From Candidatus Eiseniibacteriota bacterium (GTDB lineage Bacteria; Orphanbacterota; Orphanbacteria; Orphanbacterales; Orphanbacteraceae), in contig JAFGGD010000041.1 in assembly GCA_016930695.1 (NCBI GenBank), positions 1-64,000 on the forward strand: a DNA stretch of 64,000 nt. Reading direction: 5' to 3'. The number at the start of each line of letters is the position of its first letter. The stretch's first letter is position 1. Shown here one piece after another: positions 19,949 through 29,940 of the stretch. The position numbers and the translations under genes were made by a program. Under the pieces are notes generated by a model that did no database searches, was not told where the DNA came from, and was given only the letters and a program-made list of their open reading frames with translations.

Positions 19949-20507
19949 CTGCTTTTCCGTCTCCTCTTCGAGGCCCGCCGCCTTTCGGTGTCTCCGTCCC
20001 ACTCGGAGTGTGTGCCGAAATGCGTCATGCGGACCGGATCCAAACACGACAGTGGGTAACACGCGAGGACGGTCGAAAGACCGCCCGGTTGATCATGCGT
20101 CGCACCTCCTTGATCGCCGCCTTCCCGCGATCCCCCGGCTCCCCGGCGGACCCCGTCGATCGGAAAGGGCGGCAAAAGCCGGCGCCTTCGGGAGCGACAC
20201 CCGGAGGAACGGGCTTTTCAGCCATAAAGAACCGATCGGGAATCGAGCGCCGAGCGCGGAAAGCGTCATGGGCGGGCTGGAAGACGGCCGCGCCGGCGCG
20301 CGCCTTCCAGAAGCGGTTGAACCGATGATCCGTACTCCGTGTGCGCGGGTCTCTCGAACGCCCCCTCCGGAGCGATGTGCCGTCGACCCGCTCTCCTGAA
20401 ACTGAAGGACAGTGTACCCGATCCGGGTCGATTTTTCCATCGCTTTTCGGCCGATCGGAGGATGGGGCGGCCCCCCGATCGGCCGAACGCGACCGCCGGG
20501 AGAGTCG

Positions 20508-21401
20508 CTATCCCTCGCGTTTCCGCTCCGGCTGCTCCTCTCGGTCGCCGCGCCGGACGAGCGGCAGCACACCGGACATGTCGCCGATCACGTTGACCAG
20601 ATCCGTGTCGGAGGGGATCACGATCTTGGCGTTTTGCGCCAGAGAACGCTCCAGGGTTTCCAATCTCCGAAGAAGTTGGGCGTTCCCCACGAAGTAGGTG
20701 TTCGCCGCTTCGTTCACCAGACGAATCGCTTCCGCCTCGCCCTCCGCGGCGAGGATCTTCGCCTGCTTGATCCCCTCCGCCTTCTTGATCTCGGCGCGCT
20801 TGAAACCATCCGCTTCACGCTCATTGGCGTTGGCGAAATCGAGGGCGGCGATCTTCTCGTTCTCCGCCTTGACGACCTTGTTCATGGTTTCCTGCACGTC
20901 CGACGGCGGGTCGATCTCCTTCAGTTCGGTCCGGACGATCTCCATCCCCCAGCTCCGCGTCTCCTTGGCGAGAGTCGTCAGCAGTTCGCCATTGATCCTG
21001 TCCCGCTCGCTGTTCGCCGACTTGAGCGTGAGTGTGCCGATGATGTTTCGAAGCGTGGTCCGGGCGAGATTCACGATCTGCCATTCGTAGTTGTTCACGT
21101 TGTACTGGGAACTCTTGACGCTCTCCTCGTCCGGCTTGACCTTGAAATAGACCTGCGCGTCCACGCTGGCGTTCAGGTTGTCGTAGGTGATGATCTCCTG
21201 CGGCTGCGCGTCCACCATCTGCTCGGTGATGTTGATCTTGGTCATTCGGTCGATGATGGGAATGATCCAGTGGAATCCGGGCTGGGCGAAGCGCCTGTAC
21301 TTCCCGAGACGCTCGACGAGGCCCCGGGTGGTGGGCCGAATGATCCGGATCCCCGAGAAGAAGAGCACCAACAGAATCAAAGCGACGAATGCGAACGGCA
21401 T
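20508..21401 (-). CDS. SPFH/band-7 (stomatin/HflC-like) membrane protein
   Basis: N-terminal TM MPFAFVALILLVLFF, band-7 core and a coiled-coil tail. Strong RBS AAGGAGGAAAAG. Confidence 0.9.
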   Translation of the reverse strand: MPFAFVALILLVLFFSGIRIIRPTTRGLVERLGKYRRFAQPGFHWIIPIIDRMTKINITEQMVDAQPQEIITYDNLNASVDAQVYFKVKPDEESVKSSQYNVNNYEWQIVNLARTTLRNIIGTLTLKSANSERDRINGELLTTLAKETRSWGMEIVRTELKEIDPPSDVQETMNKVVKAENEKIAALDFANANEREADGFKRAEIKKAEGIKQAKILAAEGEAEAIRLVNEAANTYFVGNAQLLRRLETLERSLAQNAKIVIPSDTDLVNVIGDMSGVLPLVRRGDREEQPERKREG

Positions 21402-21789
21402 CTTTTCCTCCTTCGAACGTCGGGTCCGGATTTTCATCCGGCGCCCGCCCCCGAACATGTCCCGCAAGAATCTTCCATTCCTGAAGCATCGCGGCCCAAG
21501 GGATCCTATCAGGCGCCGATGGAGATCGCAAGCCTCGGCCCGCGCCGTCGACTCCTTTACGAGCCCGAGAAGCGGATTATTCAACTCCACGGGAAGGCGG
21601 CGCCGCATCCCGTTTATTCATATTGAGTTGGAAGATAAGCGGGCGCGCGACGGAGAACGCATTATCTTCAGAGGAAGTTTGATACGGTCTGGAAACGAGT
21701 CAAGCATCGCTGAATGGCGGAACGCGCCCCCCCCGGTCGGCCGCTCGGGGCCTGGGAACCGGGAACGGTCCGCAAGAAAGGATGGAACC

Positions 21790-23193
21790 ATGAAAAGTCG
21801 GATGGAAACGATCACGCAGCGCGGCTTCGGCCGCGTCACGGCGCTGGCCCTGGCGGCGCTCATCCTTCCCGGACTTCTCATCCTCGGATGCGGGGACGAC
21901 GACGACGACAACCCGATGGGGACCGTCGACAAGAGCAGCCTCCGGGCGATTCACCTCTCGCCGGACGCCCCCGCCGTCGACATCTTCCTGAATCAGGGAT
22001 CGAGCGCGGCGGTCAGCGCGCTCGCCTTCCGCGACGGAACGGTCTACCTCGAGGTGGACGCGGGAACCTACCGGATCGACATCGCGCCGAACGGCCAGAC
22101 GGCGAACGACGCAGTGCTGACGGTGGACAATCTCCCGCTGAGCAAAGCCTCTTTCTACACCGCCGTCGCCTACGGACCGCTCGCGAGCATCCAGGCGCTG
22201 GCGCTGGAGGATAACTTCACCGGTCTGGCGGACGGCAACATCCGGGTGCGGGCGATTCACACCGCCTCGGGCGTGGGCCAGGTGGATATCTGGAACGTCA
22301 CATCCGGAGCCACCCCGTCAGCTCTCTACACGGACGTGGATTACGGCGTCGCCGGCGCCTATCTCGACCTCCCCGCCGGCGCCTACTCCCTCGGCTTCGA
22401 CGTCGACGACGACGCGACGCCCGACCTGGTCTTCAATCTGCCGGCACTCACCGCGGGGACCGTGGCGAACGTTTTCGCCGTCGCCGAGGGGAGCGACGTC
22501 TACCTGGTCGCCCAGTTCGCGGACGGCACAACGGCGAAGATCGACGCGACGCCCGCCGCGGTGGACTCGGTCGACCTTCGCGCGATCCATCTCTCGCCCG
22601 ACGCGGGCACGGTGGACATCTTCGTGAACCAGGTCTCGCCGGCGACCATCACCGGACTCGCCTTCCAGAGCGGCACCGGCTATCTGACGGTACCCGCCGG
22701 CGCCTACCGTTTCGACATCGCCCCGGCGGGCGGCGCGATCGGGAGCGCGGTGGCCACCTTCTCCGGCATCGACCTGGAGTCGGACGGCGTCTACACCGTC
22801 GCCGCCTACAACGACGCGGCGATGCTCGGCGCCCTGGCGCTCTCGGACAGCCTGACGCCGACGCCCACGGGCATCCGGATCCGCCCGATCCATACCGCCG
22901 TCGGCGTGGGTGAAGTGGACATCTGGAACGTGACCATGGGAACCACGCCCACCGAGCTCTACTCGAACGTCGACTTCGGCGACGTGGGCGCCTATGCGGA
23001 CCTTCCCGCACAGGCGTACAGTCTCGGCTTCGACACCGACAACGACGGCATTCCGGAACTGACCTTCGACATCCCCGCCCTCCCGGCGGGCACCGTGGCG
23101 AACGTCTACGCCGTCGCCGAGTCGGGCGGAACGGTCTTCCTGCTCGCGCAGCTCCAGGACGGATCGGTCACGCGGATCGACATTCTTCTCTGA
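21790..23193 (+). CDS. Lipoprotein with two tandem DUF4397-like domains
   Basis: Lipobox LILGCGDDDDD. Two ~230-aa internal repeats, each LRAIHLSPDA..VDIF.NQ...RAIHTA.GVG.VDIWNVT...LPALxAGTVANVxAVAE. Confidence 0.8.
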   Translation: MKSRMETITQRGFGRVTALALAALILPGLLILGCGDDDDDNPMGTVDKSSLRAIHLSPDAPAVDIFLNQGSSAAVSALAFRDGTVYLEVDAGTYRIDIAPNGQTANDAVLTVDNLPLSKASFYTAVAYGPLASIQALALEDNFTGLADGNIRVRAIHTASGVGQVDIWNVTSGATPSALYTDVDYGVAGAYLDLPAGAYSLGFDVDDDATPDLVFNLPALTAGTVANVFAVAEGSDVYLVAQFADGTTAKIDATPAAVDSVDLRAIHLSPDAGTVDIFVNQVSPATITGLAFQSGTGYLTVPAGAYRFDIAPAGGAIGSAVATFSGIDLESDGVYTVAAYNDAAMLGALALSDSLTPTPTGIRIRPIHTAVGVGEVDIWNVTMGTTPTELYSNVDFGDVGAYADLPAQAYSLGFDTDNDGIPELTFDIPALPAGTVANVYAVAESGGTVFLLAQLQDGSVTRIDILL

Positions 23194-23221
23194 TCCGCGC
23201 CAGCAAGCGAGAAACGAGAGA

Positions 23222-23260
23222 GCCCCGGCCCGGGATCGTCCTGCGCCGGGGCTTCTTTTC
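23222..23260 (+). terminator. Rho-independent terminator after the DUF4397 lipoprotein gene
   Basis: agccccggcccgggatcgtcctgcgccggggc followed by ttcttttc. Confidence 0.5.
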
Positions 23261-23286
23261 GCCTTCGATCGAGACCGTCCCCTTCC

Positions 23287-23820
23287 CTACTCCCGCGCCC
23301 CCCGCTTCCGGAGAAGGGCGCGTCTCTGCAGCTCCCGGATGAGGGCTTCCTTGCCGGCCATATACGCCTCGATGTCGTGGGGGTGCCGCCGCGCCAGTTC
23401 GCGTTTGAGCGCGCCGTACGCTTTCGCTTCATCGGGGCGCGCGATCAGATAGTCCCGGAAAGCGAGATGGCGCTCCGCGTCGGGCGAGCCCTTGGCGAAG
23501 ACATGCACGTGGGCGGTCCTCTCTTCGTCCGGTCCCGGGCCATGCAGAAAGAAGCGGCGCCCCGGGATGCCGTACTCCCCCATGGGCGTGTATCCGGCGG
23601 CGCGCATGGCGGAATCGAGACGGTCCACGGCGGCGATCTCCCGCACCTCGATCAACACGTCGATGATCGGCTTGGCGGCGAGTCCGGGAACGGCGGTGCT
23701 CCCGATATGGTGGATGACCGGATCGAGATCGGCGAAGAGCGGTGCGAGGAGTTCCCTCTCGGCGGCGAAGGCGGCCTGCCAGGAAGGATCGTAGGGAACG
23801 ACGCGGATCGTACGAAGCAT
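23287..23820 (-). CDS. GrpB/UPF0157 family nucleotidyltransferase-fold protein
   Basis: 177 aa with HIGSTAVPGLAAKPIIDV and the HVHVF motif typical of GrpB. Confidence 0.8.
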   Translation of the reverse strand: MLRTIRVVPYDPSWQAAFAAERELLAPLFADLDPVIHHIGSTAVPGLAAKPIIDVLIEVREIAAVDRLDSAMRAAGYTPMGEYGIPGRRFFLHGPGPDEERTAHVHVFAKGSPDAERHLAFRDYLIARPDEAKAYGALKRELARRHPHDIEAYMAGKEALIRELQRRALLRKRGARE

Positions 23821-23947
23821 GCGGCGAGGATAGCTACAAATATGGGCACGGTCACCACTTTCCGAACAGGGGACCGTCCCTCTCTACCCGGGCCGTCCTC
23901 GCAGGCCTCGCAGCCCGCGAGCCGGATCCACAGTACTCCATTCCGGA

Positions 23948-24129
23948 TTAGCCCGGAAGAGACGGGAGGTTTCGTGACGAGGATCCGGATCGGGAGGCGA
24001 GAGGCCGACCTGGACAAGCCGCTCCCGGAGGCGGGGCCTTAGCCCCGTCGAGGAAGCGGTGCGGGAAGGGAGGTCTCGCAGCCCGCGAGCCGGATCCGCA
24101 GTAGAAACCTTCCGTCTCTTCCGGGCTAA
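23948..24129. repeat. MITE-like element (family copy 2), 182 bp, with 26-bp terminal inverted repeats ttagcccggaagagacgggaggtttc / gaaaccttccgtctcttccgggctaa
   Basis: Termini are inverted at 26/27 identity. The internal block ttcgtgacgagg...cgagaggccgacctggacaagccgctccc is shared with copies at 196-538 and 52905-53145. The right TIR supplies the TAG stop (24126-24128) of the zinc-ribbon gene. Confidence 0.6.
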
Positions 24130-24653
24130 AAAGCGCCCCAGGACTGCTTGCCCGGAATGTAGGTGCTTGGGCAGATGAAGCGGAAGAGCTTGGCGAAGGC
24201 GAGCGCCTTCGCGTGTTTCTCCTCGCTCTCGCGGCGCATCTGTTCGAGCTGCCCGCCGAAGATACGGTCGAAGTACTCCTCGCCGGCGCGCGCCCTCTCC
24301 TCCTCGGAACCGAAGAGCGAACGAATCGTCTGCAGCTCTCCCCGATCGAGCCAGAAGCCGCCGCAGGCGGGGCATTCATCGACCGCCACGGCGCGTTTCA
24401 CGCTGAAGAAGTGACGCATCATCACCGCGTCTTCGCAGTGGGGGCAACTTCTGCGCTTCGTGGGGTTCACCTGAAGCTCCGGGTCGTAGTCGATGTCGTA
24501 GAGCAGCTCGCCGGGCGCCTCGTCCGGCTCGTCGACCTTGTCCAGTTCGAAGCGGTCGAACCAGATCCCGCCGCAACCGCCCCGGCAGACATCGACCCGG
24601 ATCTCGCCCACGCTCATCTCCCGTAGTTCTTTTCCACAAGATGGACAGTTCAT
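24126..24653 (-). CDS. Tandem zinc-ribbon (zf-TFIIB-like) protein
   Basis: Two copies of CPxCG...C.GG.WFDRFEL / CPHC...CPACGGFWLDRGEL. Start MNCPSCGKEL with GGAGGAACG RBS. Confidence 0.75.
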   Translation of the reverse strand: MNCPSCGKELREMSVGEIRVDVCRGGCGGIWFDRFELDKVDEPDEAPGELLYDIDYDPELQVNPTKRRSCPHCEDAVMMRHFFSVKRAVAVDECPACGGFWLDRGELQTIRSLFGSEEERARAGEEYFDRIFGGQLEQMRRESEEKHAKALAFAKLFRFICPSTYIPGKQSWGAF

Positions 24654-24838
24654 CGTCGTTCGTTCCTCCGTTAAGGGGCGCGCGCCGGCGCCCCGCGGTT
24701 CACACGTGCTGGGTGTTTCTCTCTCCACGTATCGGCAAGGGCGGGGCGAGGCTTGGGGACGGAGAGAAGGAACGAAAGGCTCGAAACGTTATCTCGCTGT
24801 AATAAATAGCGTTAGAGAACCGGGCCGGTGTCCGGAGT

Positions 24839-26284
24839 TCAGCCCTCGTCGATCGGCGGAATCAACCCTCCGCCCGAACCGTGCGCTCCGACGGCCGTTA
24901 GGTCCTTCTCGATCCGATCGAAGTACCAGATCAAATCGGAGACCTCGCGGTCCGGATCCCGGCGTCGGTATTCTTCCACCGCCGGGTGGGAATCGATCCG
25001 GAGAGGAACGGGGAGCCAGCTTCCTTCCGGTGCGCGCGCGGCGACCGGGAACTCGACTCCTCGAATCCGCAGCGTGAAGCGATAGTCAAAAAACTCGACG
25101 TCCTCGGGCGAGGCGGGATCGATATCGACGGGTTCCGCGAGAAGGGGAAACAGTTCGGCGCGGCGGGATACCGATCGATGCAGATCCTTATCGACGTTTC
25201 CGGTCAGAGAGGACCGTTCGCGCACCCCATCCTTCCATATCGTCTTTTCATAGGCGACCGATCCTTCCCCCCACAAACGCATTTCCAGCGTGTCCGAAAC
25301 GCCGAATCTCTCCAGGCGAATCCACATCGCGTCCGCGGGGATTTCCTCGTAGCACTGAAGGTGTCGATTCCTATATTGGATGTGATCCCAAATGTCGCCG
25401 AGCATCAGATAGCTTTTCGGCAACGATTGGTCGAAGCGCCCTTTCTCCCCGTCGATTCCGTACCGCTCGCCGTCCCCCTCGAAGATGTACTGATACGGGC
25501 GACCATCCCTTTCCGGATAAAGCTCCTGGAGATAGGGAACCGCCGGCAAACAACTCACCAGTTCTTCACGAGTCGAATCGGGGAGGACGTAGGGAAACCG
25601 ATAATCCGGAGTCGAGCGGTCGCGCCAGGCGCAGACGTAGATTCCGTCGTGGATCCGAATGTACTCGATCGCCTCGCCGAGACAGAATGAAGGTAGGCGC
25701 GCGCGACTCACCTGTATCACCGACTCCTCCAGCGGGAAGGGTTGGTCCAGACCCCAGGGGACGGACATGCGGAGATCGCGGAGGAGGGCGGTCAGGCCGT
25801 CCGCCGCCGCGAGGAGGGAATCGATCTCCGGAGAAGGACCGCTGTCCTCGGGCGCCTCGAGGGGGACGCGGAGCGTGTCGGGGAGCCCCTCACCCCGGAG
25901 GACGGCGAGGGAAGGAACGTCCGGCGCGACTCCGGCCGAATCGATCGCTCCGCTCCACCGGTCCAGGCGGCCCAGGGAACGGGAGATCTCCCGCCGGTAC
26001 GAATCATCGAGGAGGGTGAAATCCAGACGATGGGTGATCCCCGTCGCGCCTTCCACGGTTCGGTAATATATCTCGGCGAATCCGTTCGGGTAGAGATCGA
26101 GGCAGAAGTCGAATTCTTCATCCCAGGGTTCCACGAAACGGACACGAATGGAATCGACCGGTTCCGGTTCGCCGGTCCCCGTCGGGCTTCCGTCTTCCCC
26201 GCAGGAGACGAGAACGAATGAGAGGAGAATCGTTGGAAGAAGCCTTGCGACGGCGGGAAGGAATCGCATGGAGGGCCTCCGCAT
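24839..26284 (-). CDS. Hypothetical lipoprotein
   Basis: Signal/lipobox LLSFVLVSCGED and GGAGG RBS; 481 aa with no recognisable catalytic motifs. Confidence 0.6.
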   Translation of the reverse strand: MRRPSMRFLPAVARLLPTILLSFVLVSCGEDGSPTGTGEPEPVDSIRVRFVEPWDEEFDFCLDLYPNGFAEIYYRTVEGATGITHRLDFTLLDDSYRREISRSLGRLDRWSGAIDSAGVAPDVPSLAVLRGEGLPDTLRVPLEAPEDSGPSPEIDSLLAAADGLTALLRDLRMSVPWGLDQPFPLEESVIQVSRARLPSFCLGEAIEYIRIHDGIYVCAWRDRSTPDYRFPYVLPDSTREELVSCLPAVPYLQELYPERDGRPYQYIFEGDGERYGIDGEKGRFDQSLPKSYLMLGDIWDHIQYRNRHLQCYEEIPADAMWIRLERFGVSDTLEMRLWGEGSVAYEKTIWKDGVRERSSLTGNVDKDLHRSVSRRAELFPLLAEPVDIDPASPEDVEFFDYRFTLRIRGVEFPVAARAPEGSWLPVPLRIDSHPAVEEYRRRDPDREVSDLIWYFDRIEKDLTAVGAHGSGGGLIPPIDEG

Positions 26285-26447
26285 CCGGCGCGGCGGACCG
26301 GACGGAACACCCGGGGACCGCGCGCCGGCGCATTTCTTTCAAGTATGGCCCTTTTTTTTTGTAATGTCAAGGAAGAGGGCGCGCCGAGGGGCGCTTCGGG
26401 CGGCGGCAGTGGCGTCGCGCCTCCCGATCCGTTCGTTTCGAAACGTG

Positions 26448-27209
26448 TTACCGCTTCTCCGCCTCGCCGGTCATGGGGACGAAACGGACCGGGATCACCA
26501 CGCGGCGGATGATCTCCCCCTTTTCCTTCCGGAGGAGGATGAGGTCCTGGTAGGTATCGCCGACGGGAATGACGAGACGTCCCCCCTCGGCGAGTTGCTC
26601 GATGAGCGGCGCCGGGACCTCCTCCGGCGCGGCGGTGACGATGATCCCGTCGAAGGGCGCCTCCTCCGGCCAGCCGCGGTAGCCGTCGCCGGCGCGCACA
26701 TTCACGCCGCGCACGCCCGCCGCGGCGAGGTCCGCCCGCGCCCGCTCCGCCAGCTCCGGCACGATCTCGATGGTGAAGACCGTGTCGGTCAACTCGGCGA
26801 GCACCGCCGCCTGGTATCCGGAGCCGGTGCCGATCTCGAGCGCCTTCTCGCCGGGCTCGAGGTCGAGAAGCTCCGTCATGAGCGCGACGATGTACGGCTG
26901 GGAGATGGTCTGGTCGTAGCCGATCGGCAACGGGTGGTCTTCGTAGGCGCGTGAGTGGAGATCTTCGGGGACGAAGAGATGGCGCGGCACGGCGCGCATC
27001 GCGGCGAGCACACGCGGATCACGGACGCCCCGCGCCTCGATCTGGGTCCGCACCATCGCCTCCCGGCGGTGCGCGTAGCGGTCCTCCTCCTTCATCGATC
27101 CTCCCACCTTCCCTTCCTCCTCGGTTTCGCAGGCGGCGAACGCCCACAGCAGGATCAGAGCGGCGCCGGCGAGAACCGCGACGGCGAGATCCCTTCGCCC
27201 ACCAACCAT
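26448..27209 (-). CDS. pcm: Protein-L-isoaspartate O-methyltransferase, lipid-anchored/exported form
   Basis: SAM motif LEIGTGSGYQAAVLAEL and DQTISQPYIVALM. N-terminal signal with lipobox LLWAFAAC. The upstream 131 aa of the track ORF are low complexity. Confidence 0.9.
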   Translation of the reverse strand: MVGGRRDLAVAVLAGAALILLWAFAACETEEEGKVGGSMKEEDRYAHRREAMVRTQIEARGVRDPRVLAAMRAVPRHLFVPEDLHSRAYEDHPLPIGYDQTISQPYIVALMTELLDLEPGEKALEIGTGSGYQAAVLAELTDTVFTIEIVPELAERARADLAAAGVRGVNVRAGDGYRGWPEEAPFDGIIVTAAPEEVPAPLIEQLAEGGRLVIPVGDTYQDLILLRKEKGEIIRRVVIPVRFVPMTGEAEKR

Positions 27210-27243
27210 TCCTCCCCTCCTTTCCGCTCGGACGGGTCGCCGG

Positions 27244-29940
27244 TCAGCGGCCCCCTTCACCCGGCGCGGCGAGTCGGATCGCCCCCCCGGCGATCGATTC
27301 CGGCAGAGACTCGGGCCGGCAGCTGAAGAGGAAAACCTGGCGGCGCGCGGCGATCTCCTCGAGGAGGGTGAATCCCCGGCCGGCGCGCTCCCCGTCCCAG
27401 TGGAGGAAGACCTCGTCCAGGAGGAGCGGGAGCGGTTCCCCTTCTCCCTCGATGTGGTCCACCAGGGCGAGCCGGAGCGCGAGGTAGATCTGGTCGAGCG
27501 TTCCGCGGCTGAGGGGGGGCTTCGCGTCGACCCATTCCCCTTTCTCGCGGGAGAAAAGGCGGAGTCCGTCGCTTCCGTCGGAATCGAGTTCCAGCTCGTC
27601 ATAGCGGCCGCCGGTGATCCTCGCGAAGTAGGCGGAGGCGCGCTTCACGATGTCCGGCGCGTGCTCTCTCCGGTAGCGACGATCCGACTCGCGGACGATC
27701 GCCGCGAGAAGGGCGAGACGGTCCCGGTCGCGCTTCAATTCCTCCTCTTCCTCGCGGAGCGCCTCCCTTTCCCCTTCGATCTCCCCCGCGCCGGGCTCGC
27801 CGGAGAGGTGTTCCTTCTCGGCCGCCGTCTCGGCCAAACGCTTACCGGCGGTGTGCCTCTCATCCTCGATCCGGTCCGCCTCCGCCTCGAGACGAACCGT
27901 CTCCTCCGGGGTGAACACCGCGCCAGCGGCGAGTTCCGCGGCGAGATTCATCTCCAACGCGTCCGGATCGTGACCGGCGTCGCTCAGATCCTCTTCGATC
28001 CGGCGCGCGTCCCGTGCCGCCTCCCTCCGTTCGGCGAGGGCGAGCGCACCGGCCTTCTCTTCGCCGCCGCCCAATCCACGGAGCGTCTCCGCGATTCTCT
28101 CCCGCTCCTCCCGCAGCTCTTCGAGGCGCGCCTCCCGCGTGGTGATCTCGGCGCGGAGCGCGGGGAGACGCTCCTCCGCCTCCTTCCCGACGCGCCCTCT
28201 CTCCTTCGCCTTCTCCAACCGCGCGGCGAGAAGAACGGCGGCCCTCTCCGGATCGTCCTCCTCCACGCCGCATTCCCGCGCCGGACCGAGAATCGCCCTC
28301 TCCCGCTCCTCGATACGCCCATCGATCTCCCGCCGCGAGCGTTCGAGACGGCGCCCCGTCTCGCGACGATCGAGAAGCTCCTTCACGTCCCAAAGAAGTG
28401 TTTCGCCCGGGTCGTGGAGACGATGGTCGAGAACGCCCCAATCGGCGAGATAGTCGCGGATCGCGGCGAGCCGATTCTCCTCCTCGGTGCGCGCTTCACG
28501 GAGCGCTTCCTCGCGGCGGGCCGCCTCCTCCGCGGCGCGGCGGTTCGCCCGTGCATCCGCCCCGCGCCGCGACCACAGAAAAACGGCAACGAATCCCGCG
28601 ACCGCCGCCGCGCCGAAGGCGGCGAGTCTCCCCGGAGAGGGAATAAGGATCCCCGCGATGGCCGCGGCGATCCCGATAAAAACGGAAAGGACGATCGACA
28701 TCGCCGAAGGAACCGGGACCCTTTCGAGGAGGAGCGCCGCCGACTCCAGACCGCTCCTTCCGCTCTCGGCGCGCCGCCAAGCGCGGATCCGGGACTCCAA
28801 CTCCGCCGGAGAGAGAACCGGAAGCTCCTCCGCCCTCTCCGGCTCCGCGATCAGGTCCCGCGCCTTCTCACGGAGCGCCCCGGCGTTCTCCTCGATCTCG
28901 CGTAGGCGCGACTTCCGATCCTCCCGGAACTGGGCGAGGAGCGCCGCGCCGCGGACCGCCGCGCCGATCCGGTCCTCCGCGGCGAGGATCCGATCGTCCC
29001 CGCTCGCGACAGCGCCCGCCGCCTTCTCCAACGACTCCCTCTCGGCCCCCTTCTCCCGAAGCGCCTCCTCCCCCTCGCGGACGCGGTCGTCCAGCTCGGC
29101 GAGACGGGCGAGAGGATCCTCCGGAACGTCCGCATAGGGCCCGATATCCCCCGCGTCGTCGATCCGCGCCCGCCGCCTCTCCAGTTTCCCCCGGAGATCG
29201 GCCCAAAAACGCGCCTTCTCGGCGCGCGCGCGGATCTCCACCCGTTTCCTCCCCAGCGCCTCGTCCCGCGCCGCGAGTTCCTCCGCCTCCTTCTCCAGCG
29301 CGCGCATCGACCGGTCCCGTTCCTTCGCGTCCCGGAGAGATACCCCCAGATCCTTCAGGCGGTCGGCGATTTCCTTCGCCCGGGGCTTTCCCCGCCGGTC
29401 GGGACGCCAGAGGGAATCGGCCTTCCCCTCCAACTCCTCCGCGACCTCGCGGGCCGGGCGGATCCTCTTCTCGCCCGCCGCCCCGAGAAGGCGATCCTTT
29501 ACGGCGTCCCAGGAATCCCGTGGAAAGTTCATATCTTCACGATCTAGATCGTAGATGCTCCGGAAGAGCGCGCGTGGAACGTGACGAGCTTCCTCGACCG
29601 GGTTGTTTCCGATCCGTTCTTTCTTCCCGTCGGTCCGGTCGCCGAGCGCGGTGCTTCGCAGGCGGCGACGAACGGAGAAGCCGCGCCCGTCTTCGCGCGC
29701 GAAATCCGCCTCGACGCCGGTGTCGGCGCCGTCCCAAGGGACGAAGGGGTGGCTCTCCCGGTTCGCCGGATCGAACCCGTAGATGAGGTCGGCGAGGAGG
29801 GCGCGGAACGTCGACTTCCCCGCCTCGTTGGGGCCGACGATGGGAACCACGCCGGGCGGGAGGTTCTCGAAGGAGCGCCCGCCGAGCGCGCCGTATCCCT
29901 CGATCCGGATCGCCCGCACCCTCACGGCTCGTCCCTCCAC
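27244..29940 (-). CDS. SbcC/YhaN(SbcE)-like AAA ATPase with central TM hairpin and long coiled coils
   Basis: Walker A GPNEAGKST near the N-terminus. TM pair IVLSVFIGIAAAIAGILI / AAFGAAAVAGFVAVFLW mid-protein. C-terminal Walker B/D-loop LLLDEVFLHWD. Overlaps or abuts the upstream sbcD-like gene. Confidence 0.8.
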   Translation of the reverse strand: MEGRAVRVRAIRIEGYGALGGRSFENLPPGVVPIVGPNEAGKSTFRALLADLIYGFDPANRESHPFVPWDGADTGVEADFAREDGRGFSVRRRLRSTALGDRTDGKKERIGNNPVEEARHVPRALFRSIYDLDREDMNFPRDSWDAVKDRLLGAAGEKRIRPAREVAEELEGKADSLWRPDRRGKPRAKEIADRLKDLGVSLRDAKERDRSMRALEKEAEELAARDEALGRKRVEIRARAEKARFWADLRGKLERRRARIDDAGDIGPYADVPEDPLARLAELDDRVREGEEALREKGAERESLEKAAGAVASGDDRILAAEDRIGAAVRGAALLAQFREDRKSRLREIEENAGALREKARDLIAEPERAEELPVLSPAELESRIRAWRRAESGRSGLESAALLLERVPVPSAMSIVLSVFIGIAAAIAGILIPSPGRLAAFGAAAVAGFVAVFLWSRRGADARANRRAAEEAARREEALREARTEEENRLAAIRDYLADWGVLDHRLHDPGETLLWDVKELLDRRETGRRLERSRREIDGRIEERERAILGPARECGVEEDDPERAAVLLAARLEKAKERGRVGKEAEERLPALRAEITTREARLEELREERERIAETLRGLGGGEEKAGALALAERREAARDARRIEEDLSDAGHDPDALEMNLAAELAAGAVFTPEETVRLEAEADRIEDERHTAGKRLAETAAEKEHLSGEPGAGEIEGEREALREEEEELKRDRDRLALLAAIVRESDRRYRREHAPDIVKRASAYFARITGGRYDELELDSDGSDGLRLFSREKGEWVDAKPPLSRGTLDQIYLALRLALVDHIEGEGEPLPLLLDEVFLHWDGERAGRGFTLLEEIAARRQVFLFSCRPESLPESIAGGAIRLAAPGEGGR

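Noticed and set aside
26340-26365. T9 homopolymer preceded by palindrome gcgccggcgc
   Set aside because: It lies upstream of a minus-strand gene start and downstream of no plus-strand gene, so it is not positioned as a terminator. Probably a promoter-region AT tract.
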